Positions 54,545-64,000 of a DNA stretch of 64,000 bases are shown one piece after another. This DNA comes from Macrostomum lignano (Eukaryota). A model generated the notes under the pieces. That model did not search any database. It saw only the letters and a list, made by a program, of their open reading frames with translations, and was not told the origin of the DNA. The stretch spans positions 310,001-374,000 of the forward strand of contig NIVC01000696.1 of the NCBI GenBank assembly GCA_002269645.1. The letters are read 5' to 3'. How positions within the stretch are numbered: the stretch's first letter is position 1; every line of letters starts with the position of its first letter. The position numbers and the translations under genes were made by a program.

Positions 54545-55440
54545 TGAGGTATGTCAGAAAAGTTCCAGAACTGAAATCATAGAAACTTTATTAGCAGAAA
54601 TCAATCAGAATCAAATCTGGCTCCTTCAAAGTACTCCCCCTGAGCCCAATGCACTTGTCCATTCTGCGCCAGGCCTCCATGCAGCCCTGGAAGGCTTTTT
54701 TGGGACTGACTAACTTTGCAGTTTCATTGTTGTGGCCCTTCTGAAGGTATCAATGTCAAGAAATTGAGTAACCTCGTTGAGCTTGGAAAATAGGGAAAAA
54801 TTGCACAGAGCTAGATTGCGTGAATATGGAAGCTGGTTTAGCAGTGATATTCCTATTCCCAAGATACTCCCTGACACTTAAAACATTGTGAGCTGGCACA
54901 TTGTCCTGATGAAGGAACTACAAGTTGGCTTACCATAAATCGCGTCTCTTGTCTCGCATTGAGGGAAGCAGTTGCTGAAGGATCCCTTTGTACTCTTACA
55001 CATGCTGATTGATGGTTTGGCCTTGGCACAGAAATTCCATATGGACAACTCCTCTGAAATACGACATTGAAGGTCTTCCACTCCTGGTGTCGTCCTCGAC
55101 CTCCTCCCGCCCCTCCTTAAATCATTTGTGCCACTAAAAAACTCGGCAGCAAGACAGCATTATCTCCATACACTTGTTGCAACAGTACAAGTGGTTCCAA
55201 AGGCGATTTTTTATCGGACCAGAAATTTTAGATTGGTTTGTTGTCTGGTGCTCATTGGCACAACGATTGTTAAAAACTTACTTAACGTAAAGCACAGATT
55301 GGCACAAAAGCGATGATCAGCTGAAATTGCAGGACAGAGCTCCTATTTTATGCTGCTACAGCCTGCAACAAGCTGCAAATTGATAGTGCATCCAGAAGCT
55401 GTGCTGTAGGTACAGTCCTGTAACTTTTCCTGACACCTCA
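54545..55440 (-). mobile_element. Degenerate mariner transposon (pseudogenised transposase)
   Basis: TIR-like ends TGAGGTATGTCAGAAAAGTT and, as reverse complement, TGAGGTGTCAGGAAAAGTT. Minus-strand remnants LPYSRNLALCNFSLFSKL (the YSPDLAP.DF.LF motif) and MDKCIGLRG.YFE (mariner C-terminus), with stops and frameshifts. Confidence 0.8.
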
Positions 55441-55579
55441 TATTTCTATATATGTGCAACTTCTATAATTGCACTAGCCATGTGACTTGGTTTTGCAATG
55501 TAATGTACTGAAAATGTAATTTCGTTTTGCAACTTACCCTTGGCCTTGTAAACCTCAAAACGAATATTAATTTTCAGGG

Positions 55580-58500
55580 ATGCGACCCATGGGCGCACCC
55601 GGCCAGTCGGCCCAGCTTCCTGCTGGACTGCAACTTGGTGGCCAGCCACCACCCGGAGGAGTATCTGGCGATCCAGACAAGCGAAAGCTGATACAACAAC
55701 AGCTTGTGCTTCTTCTTCATGCGCACAAATGCAAGCAGAATTGTACCCTTGCTCACTGTGAAACAATGCGAAATGTTCTGCATCATATGCAGCAATGCAC
55801 TGAAGGAAAATCCTGTCCAACACCTCACTGCGCGAGTAGTCGGCAGATCCTAAATCATTGGAAGAACTGTACCAACCCTAGCTGCCCTGTTTGCGAGCCG
55901 CTGAAGAGTCAGAATCGGACGCAGGTGCAGCCGTCACTGCCTCAGCAACAAGTAGTAGTGCCTCCTTCTGCACAGCCGCCCTTCCGACCTCAACAGCCAG
56001 CTCAAGCTATTCCGCAGCCTGCATCAATGCAAGTGCATCCGATTCGTCCGCCAGGCCAGCCAATGCCACTAACGAACCAAGGCCTAGTGCAGTCGAATTC
56101 AGTTCCTGCCCCTGGTTATGGTGCCATTGTGCACTGGCAGCAGCCTACAACACAACAGCCACAGGTTATTCGGATGGCTGCGCCAATACCTCCAGGTCGG
56201 ACTATCAACATGACGCCTACTGTTCCACAAATTCCAAATCATATTCAACAAGTCGTTCAGCCTGCGCCTGTTCCAAAGCAGTCTCCGCAACAGCCACAGG
56301 TGCAGGCACGTACGCAGCCTTTGCAACCTCCTTCCCAAGCAGTGGTCACTACTAGCAGCAGCACAAGTGCTGGAGGCGGTTGGCAGGTGGAAGTCACAAA
56401 CGATATGCGCCATCATCTTGTGCGTCGTATTGTGCAAACAATCTTTCCATCTCCAGACCCTGAGGCATACAAGGACCCGCGCATGACTAACCTAATTGAG
56501 TATGCTAGAAAGGTCGAGCGGGAAATGTACAGCTCAGCAAGAAACAAAGAGGAGTACTTTCATCTTTTAGCTGAAAAATGCTTTAAGATTCACAAGGAAC
56601 TGGAAGAAAAAAGGCGATCCCGCAGCACTGGCCAGACTGGAGGAAATGCACAGCGCCCAACTGGCACTGGCGCAAATTCAGTGCAGCCGTCTACATCTCA
56701 GACAGGCACTCCGGCAACTGTTTCAAATCAAGTACCAGTGTCAGCTACGTCTATCAGCGACGGAATGCTTACAATGCCACGCACTACGAGTGCTACTACT
56801 GTGCCAACTGATTGTGTTGGAGTTGGTGATGACAACACGCTTTCAGCTGTTGACGTGGCGGAGCGAAACTTTATTCAAGCTATTAAAAAGTTTGAAAATA
56901 GCTCCTCCGGTAGCGTTGACGTTACCATGAGAGAAGAACAGCCAAAGGGTGCTGAAGTTGTCAAATCAGAAGTAAAGTCAGAGCTCGATGAATCATCAGT
57001 TTCGGACGGTCGTAGTAATGAGACAGTTTCGCTTACTACTCCAGTGAAAGTAGAGGTGAAGCAGGAAGATATCAAGCAAGACCCATCAGAAGCATCGACT
57101 TCTCAGCGCATTCAACCTAAGGTGCCTCGAGATCCAAAACGATGGAGCCGAGAAGAACTGATGAGGGCGTTTCATCCAGTATATGAAAAATTGTACAGTA
57201 GCGAGCCAGACTCGTTTCCTTTCCAGAGGCCAGTGGATCCGATTCAGCTTGGCATACCGGATTATCCTTCGATCGTGAAGAATCCAATGGACTTGTCTAC
57301 CATCAGCAAGAAGCTTCAAGATGGCAGCTACAAGGATCCATGGGAAGTTGTTGGAGACTTTTGGCTTATGTTTAACAATGCCTGGCTCTATAATAAGAAG
57401 TCATCAAAAGTGTATCGATATTGCTCAACGCTTAACAGCATCTTCGTGGAAGAGGCAGATAAAGTTATGAAAGACCTTGGGTTCTGCTGCGCCACTGAGT
57501 ACGTTTTTGAGCCTAAAGTGCTCTACTGTTTCTCGCCGAACAGCTGCACTATCCAGAAGGATCAAACCTACTATACTTTCGTGAAGAAAGACCGCGCTGC
57601 ATACCCTGGTCTCAGTTGTGATAAATATCACTTTTGTGAGTCTTGCTTTGTCAAGTCTGTTGAGTTTGTTGACATCTACGAAGACATTTCAAGCCAACAA
57701 CCTGTGAGAGTGCCGAAGTCTGAGTTTGAGCAGAAGAAAAACAACATAAAAGATATGGAGAAGTTTTGTCAGTGTAGAGAGTGCGGCCGTAAGTGGCACT
57801 GTATCTGCGCACTACACATGGACGAAATCTACCCAAGTGGCTTCGTGTGCCCGACCTGTATTTCTTCAAAGAAGATCGTAAAACGCGAGAATCGTTTCAC
57901 TGCAAAGAAGCTCAGTCCTTGCATCCTTAGTGAGTTCCTAGAGAAAAGAGTCAACGATTTCCTAAAGAAAAAGGAAACGAATGCTGGAGCTGTGCACATC
58001 CGCGTCTTGTCGAATGTTGACAAGCAATGCGAGGTCAAGCCTCTAATGCGATCAAGATTTACAGACGCAGGATCGTTTCCTGAGTCGTTTACATTCCGCT
58101 CCAAGGCGATCTTCGCCTTCCAGGACCAGGATGGTGTTGACGTTTGCTTTTTTGGACTCCATGTGCAAGAATATGGATCTAACTGTCCTCAGCCAAACTG
58201 CCGACGTGTGTACGTTGCTTACTTAGATTCGGTTCACTACTTTCAACCTCGAAAGTACCGCACCGATGTGTACCACGAAATTCTGATTGGCTACTTAGAT
58301 TATGTAAAGAAGCTTGGCTATGCGTTTGCGCACATCTGGTCGTGCCCACCTTCCGAAGGTGATGATTACATTTTTCATTGTCACCCTGCTGACCAGAAGA
58401 TTCCTAAGCCAAAGCGTCTAACTGACTGGTACAGACGAATGTTGGACAAGGCTTTGATTGAGAGGATTGTAGTTGACTACAAGGATATCCTGGCATATGC

Positions 58501-61500
58501 ACTGGAGAACTCCATCGTGTCGCCGACCGATCTGCCTTACTTTGAGGGAGATTTTTGGCCTGGCTCACTTGAGGAACTTATCAAGGAACTTGACGAACAG
58601 AAGAAGAAAATGGAGGAAGAGCAGCAGCAAATGGACAACGACGATGATGATGTAGAAGAGGGAGGTGACGGAAGCAAATCGTCTAAAAAGAATCCGAAAT
58701 CTTCTAAAAATAACAACAAACGCAAGGCAAAGAGCAAGATAACGTCTACATCAAAGCGCAAGAAGTCCAGTTACTTGGCCACTTCGGGCACCTCGCCAGA
58801 TCATGACGACCTCATATCGAAGCTGTATGAAGGTAAGTTTTTGGGAATAAATCTTGGGGTTTTTGCAAATCCATTTGCCAGCTGAGTTTGAAAAATATGA
58901 CACTCTAGTCTAAATTAGAGAATGACTGTTGTCCCATCATTACCACGCAGGTCTTGAGCGCCATCGCGATGTGTTCTTCGCCATCCGCCTGCACGGTCCT
59001 CAATCTGTTGCTAATCTTGGCCCCATCGATGACCCGGACACCGAGGTTCATTTAGATCTCCAGGACGGTCGCGATAACTTCCTGTCAATGGCTCGGGACC
59101 GGCACCTGGAGTTCTCTAGCCTTCGCCGCACCAAGTACTCCACTATGGTTATGCTGTACGAGTTGCACTCCGAGGCCCGCAAGGAGTCATTCTGCTTCAA
59201 CTGCAACAAATGCCAGGCTCAGATTGAGACTCGCTATCACTGCACCGAGTGCGACGACTTCGACCTGTGCCAGAAGTGCTACCAGGAGAACAATGACCAT
59301 CCGCATGAGCTGGTGAAGAAAACTGGCCTCCTGGTTGAAGCCGACGGTCCCGGCGCGGTGGACGCCAACTCGCCAGAGCCGCGCCGCGTCTCCATCGAAC
59401 GGTGCATCAAGTCTCTCGTGCACGCTTGCACCTGCCGGGACGCCAATTGCTGCCAGCAGACGTGCATGAAGATGAAGCGTGTTCTTTACCATACAAAAGT
59501 ATGCCAAAAGAAGACTTCCAATTCGTGCTCTCTTTGCAAGCAGCTGATTGCTCTCTGCTGCTACCATGCCAAGTTCTGTTCTGAGGTAAGCAACCAATGC
59601 AATAGTTTTTGCTTCACTGGTTCGATTCCATACGGGGTCATATTAGTTTGGGGCACGTGCACTGAAATTTGCCTGTGGCTTTTAGTGCCATTCAACCTCC
59701 CAAGCACTGTACATGCCTGAGAATGAGAAAGTCAGGACCACAATTAACTCTGTGAGAGCAAGTGCCTGCTAACTATGACTCCTATTGTGAAACTATTACA
59801 CAGTTCATTGCTAATCGCGAATTCCACAGGTCAAGTGTGCAGTACCATTCTGTCAGAACATCAAGCAGCGCTTGAAGCAACAGCAGCTGCAGCAGCGTCT
59901 GCATCAGGCGCAGATGCTGAGGCGCCGAATGAACATCACAAGAAAAGGCCAAGGTCCGCCACCTTCGACAGCGCCAACCGCTTCATCGCTTGTTTTGCAG
60001 CCTCAAACCAGCGTGCCCGCAGTCAGCCAGCCAGCGCCTCAAATTCCTCTGCAGATTATGCCAACTCACCTGCAGCAATCGCAGCAGCCGCCAACCAGTG
60101 TGTACGCCACGCAGCCCGTTATCCGGCAGCAGCTTCCTGCTCAGTCCTACGCCACAGGTAACTGACTCTGCTTCACTGTGTGTTATTAGTTCAGCATTCA
60201 ATCTGGGTGTTAAATTTGCACTTACTAGCATTGGCTATTTTCCATTTCCAACAGTGCCTGCTGGCCAGCCGGCCCAGCAGATGTGGGCGAGCGTGCCCGG
60301 GCAGCGAATGCCAATGCAGCAGCCGCAGGGCCAGACTCAAGGCCAGCCGCAGCAACAGCAGCTAACTGGAGCAGCGAGAATGCCAGGCCAGGCACCGAGT
60401 CCGGCTAATTATCCCAGGCCTGCGCTGAGTGCGCAGGACCAAGCAAAGCTTGATAATGTCTGGAGCCAGGTAAGCTTTTGAGTTTTAGAATGGAGAGTGC
60501 TCAACTGGAACTGTGAGCATTTTTTCGAAACTCGTGGCGCCTAATATTATCCTTGTTGAGTGCAAATTGTCTGGTGTCTTGCTGTAGAAACAATAAAAAA
60601 CAAAGACCTGAAGCCACCATGCCCAAGACAATTGAATTTATCGGCATTCAATTTAGGGGTAGGGTGAGTTAAGTGCAGATAAGCGGGTGATGGAGCCACG
60701 ACTGAGGAAAGAGGTGGAAGTCAAGAGCCAATCAACAGTCCGCACGAGGGAGAGATAAGAAGAACCAGATAGAGCTAGACACAGAAAGAGCTAACAGAGG
60801 GGAGAGCAATTCACAACTCAGGACAACTAAGGAAGTGGCAACGCTAACAAGGAAATTGAGTTTTTTCCAGAACCTTCTCAACTATCTAGATTAAACAAAC
60901 GGTCACAAAATACGGTAACATGTGACCCTGAACAAACGGTCACAAAATACGGTAACAGTGAACGGTCACATTGAACGGTAACATGTGACCCTAAACAAAC
61001 GGTCACAAAATACGGTAACAGTGAACGGTAACATGTGACCCTGAACAAACGGTCACAAAATACGGTAACTTTGAACGGTAACATGTGACCCTGAACAAAC
61101 GGTCACATATATGGTAACTATGAACGTTATCATGTTACCTTATTATCATGAACATGAACGGTCACAATAAACGGTCACAAGCATTACAGACCACGGTAAC
61201 AAGTGGAACGGTCACAGCCCCTTTTTGTGACCGTTTCGTTTTATACGGGTCTGCAAGTCGCTTTCTAAAATTTGTAAAACTAATTTGCTTTATAGTCAAT
61301 TAAAAGGTTTTAATTTATGCTATATTGGGGTATGTAGAGCTGTGTGATCAACTGGTCCGCTCGCTTCCAACGTATCGTTATTGAATTCCAAACAAATTGA
61401 CGACTCACAATTGGCTCATTCTGTCTGCACTTTAACAGGTGATGCAGAAGATCAACAATCCCAACTGCAGCCAACAGGAGCGTGACAGTGCTAAGCAGTA

Positions 61501-61825
61501 CGCTGAGATGATGCGCCGAGATCCTCACTTTTTCTTGCAGCGACTACACACCAGCGAACAGAGGCGATTGCAACAGCAGCAACAGCAGCAGCAGCAAGTG
61601 GTCCAGGCTCAGCAGCCTCAGCCTCAAGTTCGTTTCCAGCAGCAACAGCAGCAGCCGCTGCAGCAGCAGCAAACCTATTATCCGCAAATGGCACGGATGC
61701 CTGGCATTGCGCAGAGGCCACCTGGCGAGCAGCTTCTAATGGGACAGTCGCCTTCAGTCCAGGATCCGCAGCAGCAGATTCACGTGCAGGCTGAGCGGTT
61801 GGGACAGTTTGCTGATAAACTCTGA
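55580..61825 (+). CDS. CBP: CBP/p300 family histone acetyltransferase (TAZ1, KIX, bromodomain, RING/PHD, HAT, ZZ, TAZ2, Q-rich tail)
   Basis: Exons 55580-58832, 58951-59585, 59830-60157, 60255-60469 and 61439-61825, phases 1/0/1/0. Motifs: [116 protein letters not shown]. Confidence 0.97.
60897..61236. repeat. Intronic foldback-like element: ~37-bp subunits (AAACGGTCACAAAATACGGTAACATGTGACCCTGAAC) bounded by a 14-bp inverted repeat
   Basis: AAACGGTCACAAAA at 60897-60910 pairs with TTTTGTGACCGTTT at 61223-61236. Confidence 0.75.
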
Positions 61826-62149
61826 TTCAGTTTGCTCTGATGTTGTACATACACGCGCCTGAGCTATCCAAGTGATGCGGACTGGTATTCTTATTTGCGA
61901 TTTTAGCTTGTGCTCCTCCCTGTTGTCCCCTTTGTCGCCTCTTTGCACCTTATCGTCCGCCCCACTAAAGCTTCAATTGTATCTAACAGGTAAGTTGATT
62001 AGCTCGATTCTTGTTTTTTTATTGAATAAACGTGTTTACTTGCTCTATTATATTGCTGATTTATGCTTTGCGGCTTTTCTCTGCTGTTTCAAATGCTTGC
62101 TTTAGTTTGCTCCTGCGCTGGATGACCCTGTCTCTGTGTCGGAGCTCCT

Positions 62150-62457
62150 GATTCCCCAAGCCTGATGCGCATGGGGCACTGTATTGAGCTGGGATTACCT
62201 GTTCCCCGATTCCCCAAGCCTGATGCATGGGGCACTGTATTGAGCTGGGATTACCTGTTCCCCGATTCCCCAAGCCTGATGCGCATGGGGCACTGTATTG
62301 AGCTGGGATTACCTGTTCCCCGATTCCCCAAGCCTGATGCATGGGGCACTGTATTGAGCTGGGATTACCTGTTCCCCGATTCCCCAAGCCTGATGCGCAT
62401 GGCGCACTGTTTTGAGCTGGGATTACCTGTTCCCCGATTCCCCAAGCCTGATGCATC
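62150..62457. repeat. Minisatellite with alternating 58/56-bp units downstream of CBP
   Basis: CCTGATG anchors at 62161, 62219, 62275, 62333 and 62389. Confidence 0.92.
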
Positions 62458-64000
62458 AGGAATCCACGAATAGGGTTGGCATTAGTTGACCCAGATGCAA
62501 TATTGAGATTTTTGGCTATGAAATTACATAAATGTAAATTGATGAAATAGCATAGTGGAGACAGTTGCTAGCCTTTGGACATCCAGTTAAGTTAATTTTA
62601 TCTGATGCTGTGTACACGCGACTGGCGCATTGACAGCTAGTGTCTCCCCACTAGCTACCTTTGTTTGTGCGCTTCAACTCTCTACAGTAGCAAATCTGTT
62701 TCTCTGTCTGTGTGATTTTTCTATTTCTTTTGTTACTCTTAATTAACACTGCCGATTGGCTTGGATTGAGCTGCAGGATCGGAATGTCCGGGCGCAACGT
62801 GTTTGTGTCAATCGGATTCGTGTTAATCTGTTAGCTATGAGGAACTCCTTCCTGTGCGCGCAGGCCTTTCCGATTCTGCTCCACTTCCTCCTTCTATCTG
62901 CAGTTTCTCCTCATTCTGCCCTACTCTGCGAAATTTGTAATTTAACTCCCTAAAGATTGAAAGTAGCTGTACGAAACAGATATTAAACAAATATTGGCAC
63001 TCTTGTGAATTTTTTTAGTTACTGTTTTCATGCCTGCTATTCATTATACAAGTCCGGAGTGCATGCCCCGCGTGTGCATGAGCGCACAGCTATATCTTGA
63101 TCCTTATATTTTCACATGTGCTTTGTTTGCTTCAATTTTTATGCGTGTGTAACTTAGTACGAGTTTTTATTGGAAATAGTAATTATATTAATATGTTAAG
63201 CGCACGCACTGCAAACCAAAACTTGCACTCTTGTTGTCCAATATCCGAGATGCCGGGACCTGAACTCCCCGGCTCTTTTGTTGTTTGCAAATTTTGCCAC
63301 GCGTCGATCAATTTATCAGTTTAGCTCGCGCTAATCCGATAAGCAAATAAATGTATTCAAGTTTTTAATACGCGTAGCAATACTGCACTAAAATTTCTAC
63401 TGTGGCAGCGTGGCGGCTTGCTTTTTCATTTTTTTAAAAAACAGATTCGTGTTGTGTTCTGCTGCTTCTTGCTGATTGCGGTCTTGGGGGAGCGCTGATG
63501 CGAGGGAATTCAGCAAGTTTTTGGCTGCCATGTTTGCATTGCATAGCCCGACCGATGGAAGACCTTATAAATTACTTATTACTAATATATTTGGATTCAA
63601 GTAAAGCTCTGTTTTACTGGCATTGTGCTATCTTAAAAGTCTTTAATCTTGTCTTTAAATGTTTTTCTCGAACAAATTTGGTTTGGTTTACTCACTATAT
63701 AAGATCAGGTTATACAGTACTATATAGTAAGGAAGCTAGGTTTGATTTTTGGCTATTCTCAGAGCGTTGGACTGAAACAGGTCAACTTGTTAATAACTTA
63801 ACCTAACAACATTATATATACTCTTCAAAATTATTTAGAGCATGCCGCGGGTAACTCATTTCATTCAAGCACTACTAAAAGTAGCCATGTCAGTTCTGTG
63901 GGGATTAATACTTTTTAGCCTTAATTTAATATTCGTGTAATAGTATGAATTTTAGCTCAAATCCCAAAACTGTAGCTCATAAATTATCATTTGTGATTGC

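Overview
Eukaryotic (animal) genomic DNA with spliceosomal introns, GC-rich exons, very dense minisatellites and long AT-rich, CpG-poor tracts. The style suggests a flatworm such as Macrostomum, but that is inference. No prokaryotic systems, CRISPR arrays or rRNA were seen. Five multi-exon genes can be reconstructed by hand with consistent GT-AG phases: a KCNQ/Kv7 potassium channel (+, ~10.7-25.4 kb), a 7TM receptor-like gene (-, 26.8-29.0 kb), ERp44 (-, 31.7-35.6 kb), an MFSD4/NaGLT1-like MFS transporter (+, 42.4-45.8 kb) and a CBP/p300 acetyltransferase (+, 55.6-61.8 kb). The rest includes a Gypsy pol fragment, two CORE-type tRNA-derived SINE copies, two mariner relics, MITE/foldback elements and about 20 tandem arrays. 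The top finding is in KCNQ. It has two tandem, equal-length (111 nt, phase 0/0) exons for the selectivity filter plus S6. One is canonical (TVGYGD...FFALPA). The other is a variant (TVGYGH...FFALPP) with the GYGH filter typical of pH-sensing TASK K2P channels, which suggests swappable pore modules chosen by mutually exclusive splicing. Other notable items are a candidate antisense gene interleaved with KCNQ exons, a Cys-pair insertion in the S1-S2 loop, a candidate 12-nt microexon, and transition-only divergence between long mariner TIRs that points to cytosine-deamination decay.
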